A stretch of DNA of 63,190 nt, the filler included, from Octopus bimaculoides (taxonomy: Eukaryota), in assembly GCF_001194135.2 (NCBI RefSeq). It is 6 parts of 5 records of this genome, joined end to end, with 100 filler letters (N's around TTAATTAATTAA, not from the genome) between each part and the next. Parts side by side here need not be neighbours in the genome. Positions count along the whole stretch, not along the records: positions 1 to 19,511 come from NC_068992.1; positions 19,612 to 37,281 come from NC_069000.1; 4 more parts are not named here. One strand, given 5' to 3'. Below the pieces are notes generated by a model. It made no database searches, was not told the origin of the DNA, and saw only the letters and a list, made by a program, of their open reading frames with translations. This document shows positions 13,458 through 26,929 of the stretch, piece by piece. Position 1 is the first letter of the stretch, and each line of letters opens with the position of its first letter. A program made the translations under genes and the position numbers.

Positions 13458-13811
13458 ATTCTTTTATTTTTTTACTTGTTTCAGTCATTTGACTGCGGCC
13501 ATTTGACTGCGGACTGGAGCACCACCTTTAGTTGAACAAATCGCCCCCAGGACTTTACTTTTTGTAAGCCTAGTACTTATTCTGTTGAACTCTTTAGCCA
13601 TCACCAACATCAGTTGTCAAGCGATGGAGGGGACAAACACAGACACATACAAATATTCTTTCAGTTTCCGTCTACCAAATCCACTCACAAGGCTTTGGTT
13701 CGCCCGTGACTATAGTAGAAGAAACTTTGCCGAAGATGCCACGCAGTGGGACTGAACCTGGAGCGATGTGGTTGGGAAGCAAGCTTCTTTCCACACAGCC
13801 ACTCTTGCGCC
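13458..13811 (-). mobile_element. SINE family A
   Basis: tttcagtcatttgactgcggcc...gtctaccaaatccactcacaaggc...ccacacagccactcttgcgcc. Confidence 0.9.
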
Positions 13812-15041
13812 TATATACATGTGTGTGTGTGAGGGCGCGCGTGTGTATACACATACATATATGTATATATATGTGCATATGTACATATATATATATATAA
13901 TTAATTTACGAAGGTGTCATTAATTCTACTTACATACATTGAAGTATTTGGATTCACGTGGACTAGTTTTTACACAGGCAAAATAAGCCTTAGCTTCTTC
14001 GGCACGCATTACCAAGATAAGAGATTCCCAGCCTATCGTTCTGAAGTCTGTGCCGCTACTGACTGAGGCAGGTAGACATACTTAGTATGTTCTTTGATTA
14101 ATTTTATATATATANNNNNNNNNNNNNNNNNNNNNNNNNNNNNNNNNNNNNNNNNNNNNNNNNNNNNNNNNNNNNNNNNNNNNNNNNNNNNNNNNNNNNN
14201 NNNNNNNNNNNNNNNNNNNNNNNNNNNNNNNNNNNNNNNNNNNNNNNNNNNNNNNNNNNNNNNNNNNNNNNNNNNNNNNNNNNNNNNNNNNNNNNNNNNN
14301 NNNNNNNNNNNNNNNNNNNNNNNNNNNNNNNNNNNNNNNNNNNNNNNNNNNNNNNNNNNNACAGAATGGGACAAGAACGCAAAACATCCGGACAGTTAGG
14401 TTTAGGTGATACAAAAATGGGACAACAAAACATCCAGATAGACGATACAAAGAAAACAACGACGGGTCATTCGAAGTTTTCTTTCCTCAGTTGACTACCA
14501 GATTATCTTCACAATTTCGGCTGATTATACTCGAGATTGCTCCAATCTGGCCAGCCCCAAGAAAAAACTAAGCTAAGAGCATAAGATTCCTTGGAAGAAA
14601 GCAACGAATGTATACAAAAACAAGGACGGAAAAAACGGAAAATGCTACACACATACAATAGAAATAATAACAGGACATAACAACATATATATAATTTCCA
14701 CACTTTATATCGCTATCCAAATAATTCCATGTCTACTTCATTATACAATGTCTCTCACATCACATACACTTGAATATCATAATAGAATTTGTTGCTCTTT
14801 CGCTCCCTCTCATATATGTCTCACTTTTGTCTATTTTATTATTGGGTCACTTTCTATAAATCTATAATTTTATCACGTTACCTCTCTAATTCCTTCGCGT
14901 TTGTAGATTGCATCTTTCTTCATTCCAATGCTTCACTATACCAATCTTCTACTATTATTCTTCGACCATAGGCAGTATTCAACGGAGTGCCTGCACTACA
15001 TTCTGTCTAACTGCTGGTAAATTTTCAATCTGTAAATTTTA

Positions 15042-15093
<52 letters not shown>

Positions 15094-15415
15094 TTGTCTA
15101 GCTGTTGCTTTCTCCTCACACGATCTTCAAGAAATATGAATGTCATGGCCTTTTTATATATGCAAGTATACATATGTGTCTGAGGGTGTATATGAGAGAA
15201 AGTGTGTGAGAGTGTGTGTGCATCTGTGAGCGTGTATGTGCATTATGAATGTAGTGTGTGCGTTAATTATATACAGGTTTAACAAAACCTACAAATATTT
15301 GGCACAGTTTCTTTTATTCGGTCTTCAGTCCTTCTAGACGATTCAGTGCATAAAAAATAAGCACACACATAGACACATACGCACAACCAGACACACACAT
15401 ATATATAGAGAGAGA

Positions 15416-15472
<57 letters not shown>

Positions 15473-15528
15473 GCATACATATATATATATTTACATANNN
15501 NNNNNNNNNNNNNNNNNNNNNNNNNNNN

Positions 15529-15596
<68 letters not shown>

Positions 15597-15973
15597 AAGC
15601 GTACGAATATATAACTATGTAGATAACTGTGTTTGTGTACACGGATATTTGTCTATTTTTCCGGTTATAATCCTATTTGTTTAATCCCAGCTTTTTGCCA
15701 ATTTAGACACAAGATTTCACTCGGCAAATTCTTATATACACTTTCATCCACACACATCTAGCAATTTCTAACAACTATATATTCAGCAAATATATTTTAC
15801 GCATAATTAATACGCCATACCCAATGGATATGCGCATGCATTGAAAAATAAAAAAAAATAGAAGAAAAAAACTCGTCTTCATCAACAGTAAAAATATTAA
15901 CAAAAACTAAAATATTTGCTTTTTTTTTTATATATTATGCTATAAACATATGATATTGCAGGCATGAAGCGAT

Positions 15974-16009
15974 CACGTGATTTTCATACGCGCGTATGAA
16001 AATCACGTG
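15974..16009. repeat. Perfect 36-bp palindrome
   Basis: cacgtgattttcatacgc|gcgtatgaaaatcacgtg is its own reverse complement. Confidence 0.9.
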
Positions 16010-16603
16010 TTTCTACGTATGGCAAATTAATAGATGACTTTATGACAAATTTCTAAATAGTCCGGCAACTAATCAATTGTCGATGATTATTAAGTTTTCG
16101 GATGATTTTACAAATATCTTTAACTAAATATTCACATGGTCGCATCTATACTACAATCCTTTCAATAATTGGTGAGAAACAAGGAATCACTATACCAAAA
16201 TTTCAACATATAATACGCACACACGCCAGACCGTGGGTCAATACCTATGGTATTTAATTTGTCTGTCTCTCAAGTCTTAAGAAGATAGAGAGAGAGAGAG
16301 TCTGAAGATGAGATCGAAAATAATCTTCATAATCTACTTGAATTGAGATGGGGGTCACTTTAATGTACCCACATCGAGCAAGAATCTATGAAAAAGGCTC
16401 ATCACAAAATTTCAAAAATAATACAATCTGCGATAAACGAAGAAACGATTAAATTTTAGCACACATTTTATTATAACAATAGGATAAAAAAAAATAACAG
16501 CGAGTTCAAATTGAGTGCAACACTTCTTAAAAATTGCAGAGGGTCTTCATTTTAATATTCCTGAGCTATCTTCTGCAGTCATGCATCAATAATTTGATTG
16601 GTC

Positions 16604-16984
16604 AAGACGGCCAGCTGGCAGAAACTTTAGCACGCCGGGCGAAATGCTTAGCGGTATTTCGTCTGTCTTTGCGTTCTGAATTCAAATTCCGCCGAGGTAG
16701 ACTTTGCCTTTCATCCTTTCGGGGTCGATAAATTAAGTAGCAGTTATGCACTGGAATCAATGGAATCGATTTAATCCTTCTGTCTGTCCTTGTTTGTCCC
16801 CTCTATGTTTAGCCCCTTGTAGGCAATAAAAAAAGAATAGGAAACTTTAGCACGCCGGGCGAAATGCTTAGTGATATTTCGTCTGTCTTTATGTTCTGAA
16901 TTCAAATTCCGCCGAGGTAGACTTTGCCATTCATCCTTTCGGGGTCGATAAATTAAGTACCAGTTTCGTACTGGGGTCGAGCTA
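16604..16984 (+). mobile_element. Two tandem SINE family C copies (second runs into a gap)
   Basis: gaaactttagcacgccgggcgaaatgctta...ttcaaattccgccgaggtagactttgcc at about 16620 and 16843; near-identical. Confidence 0.9.
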
Positions 16985-17644
16985 NNNNNNNNNNNNNNNN
17001 NNNNNNNNNNNNNNNNNNNNNNNNNNNNNNNNNNNNNNNNNNNNNNNNNNNNNNNNNNNNNNNNNNNNNNNNNNNNNNNNNNNNNNNNNNNNNNNNNNNN
17101 NNNNNNNNNNNNNNNNNNNNNNNNNNNNNNNNNNNNNNNNNNNNNNNNNNNNNNNNNNNNNNNNNNNNNNNNNNNNNNNNNNNNNNNNNNNNNNNNNNNN
17201 NNNNNNNNNNNNNNNNNNNNNNNNNNNNNNNNNNNNNNNNNNNNNNNNNNNNNNNNNNNNNNNNNNNNNNNNNNNNNNNNNNNNNNNNNNNNNNNNNNNN
17301 NNNNNNNNNNNNNNNNNNNNNNNNNNNNNNNNNNNNNNNNNNNNNNNNNNNNNNNNNNNNNNNNNNNNNNNNNNNNNNNNNNNNNNNNNNNNNNNNNNNN
17401 NNNNNNNNNNNNNNNNNNNNNNNNNNNNNNNNNNNNNNNNNNNNNNNNNNNNNNNNNNNNNNNNNNNNNNNNNNNNNNNNNNNNNNNNNNNNNNNNNNNN
17501 NNNNNNNNNNNNNNNNNNNNNNNNNNNNNNNNNNNNNNNNNNNNNNNNNNNNNNNNNNNNNNNNNNNNNNNNNNNNNNNNNNNNNGGGGGGGGGGGCACG
17601 CAAGGAACAAGATATGTTCCCTCGGCTGACCTATCAAGTAGCAA

Positions 17645-18316
17645 TGCTGGCGATGCTATTTCTCAGTCGGCATGTTATGGCTTTCGAGCCGTTTCGAGTC
17701 TTCTCGTTTCAACCATATATAGGAGATGGCCTTTTCGACTACCTTCCTTATCCTCCTTATTAGTTTTCTCAGTTTCGCGCTCGAAAATCCAAATCTTCTT
17801 TTGAATAGCGTCGCCATTTTCTTTTCAATGAAGCCTCTCGCCCCTACTGCCAAGTGTTAATACACGACAGCCCACCCCTGTTCCCTGCACCCTCCTATTA
17901 ATCTCTCATACCTCCTCTCCTTCCGTCGCTCTGCATTAACGATGTTCTCTTCCCACGGTACTGTCAGCTCTATCAAAATTCCAATTTTCCGTTCAGTATT
18001 CCAAAAGATTAAGTCTGGTCTTTTGCTATTATGAGTGGGAATATTACCTGCCTTTTCAAATCCGCGGCCAGCTCCCAGTATCCTTCCATCTTTCGTCTGT
18101 CTCGTATACTTTTCTATACCTGGTCTTACGTCCTTTTCCCTCCTTCTGGAAGTATATCCTTCTGCGTTTTTCCACTTTCGGGTATTGTACACTTCGATCT
18201 TCTCCTTGAGTGCTGTGCTTATAACAACGAGGACTTGATTGTCACGACATGTATATGTGTCCAGTGCCAACCTGCAGTTTGACAGGACATGTCTCATCGT
18301 CGCTTTCTCTCCGCAT
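17645..18316 (-). mobile_element. 5'-truncated non-LTR retrotransposon, RLE domain, HERO-like
   Basis: Translates CGEKATMRHVLSNC (CCHC knuckle half)...RPDLIFW...ILIELTVPWEENIVNAERRKERRYERL...GW...*HLAVGARGF...KAISYIWLKR with one in-frame stop at 17857. The ELTVPWEE and VGxRGF motifs are typical of HERO RLEs. Confidence 0.75.
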
Positions 18317-18955
18317 TTATATATATATACATATGTATATATATATATGTGTGTGTGTGTGTGTCTGTGTCTATACACTTATACATATGTATATGTGTGT
18401 GTACATCTATTAGGTATGTTCGTCGTTATTTTCACTCTACGGAGATAAAGGTAAATTTCACATGCATATTTGTATGTCTCCTACGGAGGTATACGTACGT
18501 TATATCATATGTTGGTATGTAGACTAGGTTCCCTATTGAGAGGCTTCTTATACTAAACAAAGTGTGAAACACTAATACTATGCAACATTATAGATCCAAT
18601 TTATATGTGTGTGCGTGTGTGTGTGTGAGTGTGTGTGCAGGTGTGTGTGTGTGCGTGTGTATTTGTATAGTGTATATGTATATATGTATATATGTACGTG
18701 TTTGCATTATGTCTGTACATACAAATTTTTTGCATGAAAATATACTTACATATATGCATTCATACAAATACATACGTGAATTATAGATATATGTGCTTAT
18801 ATATATATTTACAGAAGTAAATTCATATGTATAGATATACATACATATATAAGTGCGTGCGTATATATATATATAAGTATATATAAATATATATATGTGC
18901 ATATATATATATATATGCATATATACATATACAAGTATATATACATACATATATA

Positions 18956-19007
<52 letters not shown>

Positions 19008-19511
19008 TATATTCATGAATATGTACATATACAGCAAGAAAATAAAAATGATAAGATGATATATGACTGCACACAACATCGAAGAAAATGTACCATCGCG
19101 AAATATGCTTCATGAGAGACGTAGAAGACACAAAACACCTTCTGGCGATGTACTGTCTATGTGTGTAAGTAGGTGGCGGTACATATATGTATATATATAT
19201 ATTTGCGTGTACGTGTATATATGCTTATATATATATATATGTGTGTGTGTGCATGTATACATATATATGTATATATATATAAACACACATTTCCTTATAT
19301 ACATGCATTGGTATATTTTTACATAGGTGTGTGCGCATATATAGATAAATATATATGCATATACGCCTCTAAATAAGTATGTGTTCATTTGCTGTGTATA
19401 GCAATCTTCGACATCATTTTTCCTTAATTAATTATTTACAGGAAGCTAAGAGTGTTTCGGGAATATGATGAGGAGACATATACATACATGTGTATATATA
19501 TATATATATAT

Positions 19512-19611
19512 NNNNNNNNNNNNNNNNNNNNNNNNNNNNNNNNNNNNNNNNNNNNTTAATTAATTAANNNNNNNNNNNNNNNNNNNNNNNNNNNNNNNNN
19601 NNNNNNNNNNN
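19512..19611. other. Artificial scaffold linker N44-TTAATTAATTAA-N44 (also 37282-37381, 42457-42556, 48726-48825, 60825-60924)
   Basis: The same 100-bp construct occurs five times; the 12-mer has stop codons in all six frames. Confidence 0.95.
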
Positions 19612-19612
19612 A

Positions 19613-19756
19613 TTATTCGCTCTCTTTGGGTATTTGCCATTGAGAGGTTTTCCATGCCATTTTTCAGTCATAATATCTAAGGCAGCAATTTTTGCACGGG
19701 TTTTCAAGCGCTTTGCTTTTTCTGCAGGTGTTTCTAGTTCGTCTAATTCTTGAATC
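19613..19756 (-). mobile_element. R4/Dong-type LINE internal fragment, 5' end abutting (AAT)/(GAT) repeats
   Basis: QELDELETPAEKAKRLKTRAK...EKWHGKPLNGKYPKRANN resembles the W..KPLHGxY segment after the RT; cut by a scaffold linker. Confidence 0.55.
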
Positions 19757-19831
19757 ATTATTATTATTATTATTGTCAACATCATCATCACCACAATCAT
19801 CATCATTGTCGTCGTCATCATCATCATCATC

Positions 19832-19878
<47 letters not shown>

Positions 19879-19937
19879 TATCATTATGTATTTATTGGTA
19901 AAAGATAACCATCTCTCAAATAGCAACAATATAAATA

Positions 19938-20005
<68 letters not shown>

Positions 20006-20154
20006 GTAAGTATATATACATATATATGCAATTATATACAGATATGTACATATAAATGCATATATATACATACATATATATATATACACACATATATATA
20101 TACGTTTGTATATAAGTATATATATATATGTATATATATATGTATAAATATATA

Positions 20155-20187
<33 letters not shown>

Positions 20188-22888
20188 ATCTATATCTACG
20201 CATGTATGTGTGTATGTATGTGTGAATAGCAAGAATAACAACATTCATTACTAAATTTAATACGTTGCTAGAATCAGGTTCTAAGCTGACAGAATGATTT
20301 ATGATAGAAGATAATCACGTAGGTTTTGAGTTAATTTTCCATCTGAAAGACAATTAAAGAATCCCTCCTTCCTCTTCTAACTGCTAACTTAGTGAGCAAA
20401 CACTCGCAGGCATGTATGAATTTCTCTTATTTTCAGCGCATCGTTGAAATATTAGAGTCTCCATTTCGAAATAATACGAAATCTTTACAAAACTCTTAAA
20501 ACTATTTATAATTGGTTGGAGAAAGTTTTCGTTTGTCTAATGAGCTGAGATGAATGAGTGCTTGGAAACAAAGTAACGAGTAGAATGTGAAAATCTGAAA
20601 TAAGAGGGTTTAAGAATTTGGATTATATTTATTCAATAATGTATCCTATATTAACCTAGTTATTATTTGGTATATATATATATATATATATATAGATATA
20701 CATATATATATATATACGAAGACAGGTTTATAAACAAGCAAAGAATAAATCCTAAGGTCGATTTGCTCGACTAAAGGCGGTGCTCCAGCATGGCCGCAGT
20801 CAAATGACTGAAACAAGTAAAAGAGTATATTTTTCTATATGTCTATCCGCCATTTCTGAGTTTCTCACTCTATGCTACTCTTGTCATACTCCTGTTTGAG
20901 GTTTCACATCTTTCTCCTTCTCGTTCAGTATTACTGTATGTGAAACTAACGATATTTACTAAATAATTCACCGAAATATATTTACTCCGTGCAGCAACCC
21001 AAAGGTTGTATGAACTACTTTATTTTTTCAGTCTCACAAATACAAAAACAAACAAAGCTCAATGTGGTTTCTCATTAAAATTCATCAAATTCCTTTTTTA
21101 TTTTTATTTCTAAATTATCAAAGAACCTTAAATTGAAATCGTTTTCAGTCCTGCAATAAATAAATAGTGAAATTCTATATCGATTCTTTTCTCACATTTT
21201 TTCGATTCAGATATTGCAAGGAAAACTCGACAAAAAATGTTCATGTGTTGGTTATTTGGCATCGGACATTTTATTTCTGAATTTTGCTGTATTAGCTATT
21301 TAATTTGGAAAGATATGTTGCTTACAACAGTATATCAACTTGTCAGAAAATATAAATCATTTTAGTAAAGCTTATAAGCGTAAGAAAATAGTAAAACACA
21401 ATGTAAAGGAAAGAAATGAATTTTTAAAAAAAAATACTGAAGAAACAGACAAATGGCGACGGAATGTATTCTGTGAAAGAAAACTCCAAATCCTTATTTG
21501 GTGGGGAAATTCTTAAAAATCAATTTTTATTCCGAATTTTTATGCATTATAGTAATGGAAAGTAAGAATAAGGACGGTAGAGCAATAAACAATCATTATA
21601 GATAAATATGAACTTTGACAGAAGAACGAAGAATACAAATGAAATTTGAGTTAAGCCTTCGCTGAAGCAAACTCTGCCAAAATAAAAATGCAATTATAAA
21701 TTTCTGGTTATTAAAAGCTTCGTAATACCGGACCACTATTAGAAGTGTTCATAAAAAATACAGTAAATAGACTCAAGACATATTGATGATGACATATATT
21801 TCTTCTAAGCCTGTATCTTTGATATATCTGTTATTAATAAGTGTTGTTGTCTTCCTATCTACTTTGCTGAGAAGTTTACGATCCTAAACATGCCACAGGC
21901 ACTTCTAAGCTTAGTGAATGCTACGGGAAACTGATATTGCTTATTGCTTATTTCGCTGGTCGATTGAGTTCATAAGAGAAATCTAAATATTCTCGATGAT
22001 CTTAGCAAATAAAAGGACGAAAATGGAGATTGAAAATGGAAGAATGGTTGAAAAGGGCAAACTAAAGAAATAAATGGGAGAAAGACGAATAACGAAAGGA
22101 ACCAGAGAAGTGTGGGAGAAATAAAAAAAATAAAGCAGAAAGGAAAGAAATCTGGAATAATAGATCAGAAAAGAGAAAAGACGATAATGTGAAAACCAAG
22201 ATTGAATGTTGGGGAAAAAAAAGTAAGTAAAGAACAGGACAATGGAGAAAGAAAGAAAATACGTAAAAGAAAATATGAATAGGTAAATGGAATATAGAAT
22301 ATTGAACGTTTGAAAATAGAGGTAAAAATATGTATGGTAAGGTGTGCGTGTGTCTGTGTAAGTATGTATGTGTGTGAGTATCTGTGTGAAGGAAAAGAGG
22401 TGAAAGGATTAGGAATAAGGTGAACGCGGTCAAAAATAAGAAACATAAAAACGATTCAATATTTTCTCTAAAAATGTATGCATCGTGAAGAATGATTGAG
22501 AGGCCTGTATCTACAATAAGAATATGGTAATGTATATGTAGTGCTGGAAGGTCAAGTTAAAGAAGAATGATTTTAAAATCAAACTATATATATAGTAATA
22601 TTAGAAACGAAACGATATGATAGTACATTCTACAAAGTTGAGTAAGAAATTTAGGTTAAGTTCGAAAGAATGATGACTTTTGAATTAATATCGGGAGCCA
22701 CACCAGAGTTATATTATAACTTCACTGAATTTTTGCATTGTAGGTCTCCGAATATGTCTAAATTTCAAGCATCACCATCGTGCCTGGCAGTGATGTTGTA
22801 TAGAAGTGGACAGAAAAGTTTTGTACAAAATAACTGTTTATTTGTTAATGAGATAGTTGGAGTTGAATTAAACTGCCTTCTTGGACGA

Positions 22889-23105
22889 CGAAGGGGTGAT
22901 GAAAAGTTCCTGGCTCTGAATAAAAGAAAATACTGGAGGATCAGTTAATTATAACTTTATTTAACATACTCTCCCCTCAGATTCGCACTCTTATTGCAGC
23001 TTTCCTTCAATTTTTCTAAGTCCTGTAAAAGAACTAAGAAGACTGGGCCTCCAACCAAGTCTTTCATAACATCCTTACAGCCGAGAACCTTTCAGCACAC
23101 CATCG
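22889..23105. mobile_element. Tc1/mariner-derived MITE (~217 bp)
   Basis: Imperfect TIRs cgaaggggtgatgaaaagttcctggct / agccgagaacctttcagcacaccatcg; no coding capacity. Confidence 0.7.
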
Positions 23106-23149
23106 AATGAGTTGTATCTAGGAGGATTCTGGAAAGTTCATCGAATCCT

Positions 23150-24000
23150 ACATTGCAAAGATCCAAAAGAACCTTCTGCAATTTAGATTGCATATTGTGA
23201 CAATATATATGCATTTTTAGTCACGAAATTACAGACGATAAGTTTAATTTGCTTGAGTTGTAGACAATGTTCTTTTTCCCTCTGCTCTGATGCAACGTTA
23301 TTGTGAGTAAACATGAAATGACTTCCTAAACTCACACCTCAAGAATTCATTGGTTGTTCTGGGTGAACTTTTGAAATTTAACTAAAGACGATTATGTAAT
23401 AGCGGAAGGGGTTTCTTTTAGTCACTTGTTTGGCTGCCTCGGACGGCTTGAATGTAAAATACTTTTGCTTCTAAATGTAGTCGGCACCAAACTCTTAATT
23501 TGTTTTAAGTGCCAAATATTTCATGCGCATAGTAAGATAGTGGCATGCGATGTTTTACGGTAGCAAGAGTGTGAGGCCTTAATGAGAAAGTAATCTAGAA
23601 GTTTGATGTAGGTAGACGGAGAAAGCTTGTTAAAGATTTTCTGTTTTTGAGGAAAGGGTCGATGTTATTTAAAATGTTAGCATATCGAGCGGGAAAACAA
23701 GTACTTTTGGTAAATTGTGTTACCTCTGTACCAACATTTTTGTTTAGGATTTGTATACATTTAATTTATCAGTGATGACGACTTTGGAGAGAGTGAAAAT
23801 AAGATGGCTATCCCCAGTTAAAAAAATAAATAAATAAATAACAGGAGAGAGATTGTCGAGAATTGTATCTGGTTGGATGGGTTCGTAAAGAGGTAGAACA
23901 AGCAGATGAATTTAATGGAATGAGTAATTATGACTTTCAGCTCGAGTAAATTGATACTGAATAGGGAGAGATGAAGTGATGAAGTGGTGGATTCTGAATG
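23150..24000 (-). mobile_element. Highly degenerate coding relic, possibly Penelope-like RT/GIY-YIG linker
   Basis: Broken minus frames give KSLVPTTFRSKSILHSSRPRQPNK*LK, resembling the PLE RQPxNLK linker; many stops. Confidence 0.3.
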
Positions 24001-24556
24001 CTTACAGACGCCATCTTAAAGAACGAAATTACAAAAGGCACAAGAAATGGATTAAAAACACAGGATTGAAGATTTGTATCTCAGCAAAGAATAAAATTTG
24101 CGGTTTGTGTGCTGCTGCTGCTGTTGTTATCATCATCATCATTATTATTCAATCCCGGAATAACCGAGATCGAGATGCAAAAGCCTCTGTATCATCGTTC
24201 GACCAGTAAATTACTATAGTATATTCTTCCTGAAATACAAACACACCGTCTTCAAAGAATAAACCAGTACTGAATATGATACACCCGAAAAGAAAACGAG
24301 ATGTAATGTATGTTAGTATGCGGTGATTACTGGGGCCTTGTCTGGACTGAAGTCTTCGGTTGTTGCAGTAAATGGGATGTAATTGTTAATGGGTTGGTCT
24401 TTTTTTTCCCCCTTTTCATAGTCTTATTTCCGGTTTCTTTCGAAACGAGGAGTGAGGAAAAAAAAAACGCTACTCCTGAGCTGTAATTAATCAATACGTT
24501 ACTTCATAAATGTAAAAAAAGTTGAAATTCATTTGACAAAAAGTAAGTCTCGATAG

Positions 24557-24960
24557 GACAAGTAAAAGGAATGTAACAATAAAGAAGTTCACTTCCGAAC
24601 CACACGCTTCCGGGTTCAGTTTCACTCGGCAGCAAGTACCGTGGGTAAGTATCTTCTACTATCGCCTTAGACCCACCAAAGCCTTGCGAATGTATTTGTT
24701 GAACGGAAACTGAAAGATACGCGTCATGTATATATGTGGGGGGGGGGGTATGTTTAAGTTTAACCAACACTACCGCTTGACAACTGGTGTTGGCTGGTTT
24801 GTTTACGTTCCCATCACTTAGAAGTTTGGCAAAGATACTGATAGAAAAAGTACCAGGCTTAAAAACTACTAGTACTAGTGTCGATTCATTAAACTAAATC
24901 CTTTCAAGGTCGTGTCCCAGCATGGCCGCAGTCCAATGATTGAAACAAGTATAAGAAATA
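24557..24960 (+). mobile_element. SINE family A, old diverged copy
   Basis: aaccacacgcttccgggttcag...tcttctactatcgcc...cggaaactgaaag; tail cccagcatggccgcagtccaatgattgaaacaag. Confidence 0.75.
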
Positions 24961-25001
24961 TTAAAGATACCCATCAAGGTAACTCACTAAGGAAATTGTG
25001 T

Positions 25002-25037
<36 letters not shown>

Positions 25038-25241
25038 ATAACCAGTGGCTTTGTAAATCTGATATATAATCCGGTTTACCACCACTGCTTAACTCGTGGG
25101 TCCTTTTACCGGATTTTATTCTGCTGAAATCATTTGGGCAAGGCAACCAATCTGAGACGAAACCGATATATTGGGGTCGTAAATGGTTTTGCATAGTAGT
25201 AACACGTGAATCTTGGACTCTTTCTCACTATTCCACTAATA

Positions 25242-25460
25242 TTGATTTCAAATTTTGGTACAAGGCTAGCATTTTCGGGAGAAGGGGTAAGTCAATTTAC
25301 ATCGACCAATGTACTCAACTGGTACTTTATTTTATCGACCCCAAGACGATTAAAGATAAAGTCGACCTCTGCGGAATTTGAACGCAGATTGTAAAGCCGG
25401 ACGAAATACCACTAAACATTTTGTCCGGCGAGCTAGCGATTCTGCCAGCTCGCTGTCTAA
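25242..25460 (-). mobile_element. SINE family C
   Basis: tttcaaattttggtacaaggc...gtcgacctctgcggaatttgaac...gattctgccagctcgctgtct. Confidence 0.85.
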
Positions 25461-25483
25461 GTACGTATGATATTAAAGTTTAT

Positions 25484-25640
25484 TGCAACGTGGCGATCTG
25501 GTAGAAACTTTAGCATGTCGGGGGAAATGCTTAGCGGTATTTTGTCTGTCTTTATGGTCTGAGTTCAAATTCCGACGATGTCGACTTCGCCTTTCATCCT
25601 TCGGGGTCGATAAACTAAGTACCAGTTGCGTACTGGGGTC
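25484..25640 (+). mobile_element. SINE family C, inverted relative to 25242-25460
   Basis: gcgatctggtagaaactttagcatgtcgggggaaatgcttagcggtat...gagttcaaattccgac...cgtactggggtc. Confidence 0.85.
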
Positions 25641-25714
25641 AGTGCCTAGAGTAGAAAAGAATATTATAGTTTATTATATTAACAGACATAATGCAAGAAA
25701 CTCAGCGGTGAAGG

Positions 25715-25875
25715 GTGGGTCTTTTTAAATTGACCCGAGATCTTAACTTATCAAATCTTATCGACCCCGGAAGGAAAAGATAAAGTTAACCTCACTAGGA
25801 TTTGAACAGAATTTCAAGAGCCGTATCATATACCACAAGGCGTTTTATCCGGTGCTTCTGACAACTTAGTCAATC
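25715..25875 (-). mobile_element. SINE family C, degenerate
   Basis: atcgaccccggaaggaaaagataaagttaacctcactaggatttgaac...ttttatccggtgc. Confidence 0.55.
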
Positions 25876-26137
25876 CATCACCCAGTATGAAGATGACAGT
25901 TTGTCATTATTATATCGGTTTTCTCCAATTATTTTATTCTCCTGCAGCTACTAATTCCTCTCTTCAAGCTTTGACAGATTTTTATTCAGAATTCATCCTT
26001 AATACACAAACATCCGGATTATCAAACAAAGAACACAAATTATGAAGAAAAATAGCGGATAAGCAATTCTAAGTTGACTGGTGTTTGCAAACACTCACCC
26101 TCTCCATTGTATCCTAATACTGAACATTTCTTTCCCA

Positions 26138-26191
<54 letters not shown>

Positions 26192-26260
26192 TTATCTATC
26201 TATCTCTATAGATATACATATGTGCGTGTGTGTATCATTCTCTGTCTTTCTCTGTCTGTA

Positions 26261-26306
<46 letters not shown>

Positions 26307-26331
26307 NNNNNNNNNNNNNNNNNNNNNNNNN

Positions 26332-26362
<31 letters not shown>

Positions 26363-26870
26363 GCCGAAGGCCTTCTGTCATCATACATCTACATCTTCTC
26401 ACGGTATTTTTACTTATTTCTCTGTGAATCTCTCATATGTTCCTTCGCGTCTCTTCTCTTTCGTTTCTAATGCAACACTCCGCTCCGGCTGAACACTCGT
26501 ACGCCGCATCATTCAATATTTACATACCTCTTATACATGTAAGAACTATACACATGCACTACACACGTTCATAGTACATATGTATACATACAGAGACATA
26601 GACACATATACATACATATATCTGTGTGTGTGTTTACATATATGAATGCATACAATACATACATTCATACACACGTACTTACATACATACTCACATTCAT
26701 ACGTACATACACATATGTACATATGCACACGCTTACATACATGCACACATACATATATAGACACTGCTTTCTCTTTCTAGTAGAACGGTGACAAGATATT
26801 TCTTTCAATACATAAACACACGGACTATCCCTAAACACGATCTCTCCAATCAATCCCTCTATCTATTTAA

Positions 26871-26929
<59 letters not shown>

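Noticed and set aside
14361-14700. Likely repeat fragment with CUGAGGA on the minus strand
   Set aside because: GAAU replaces GAAA and there is no valid helix III; the family could not be assigned with confidence.
17586-17596. Poly-G runs at gap edges (also about 50588-50598) as G-quadruplex or regulatory elements
   Set aside because: They lie at contig ends where sequencing and assembly are unreliable.
19556-19567. TTAATTAATTAA motif recurring five times
   Set aside because: Always centred in N44...N44; an artificial six-frame-stop scaffold linker, not biology.
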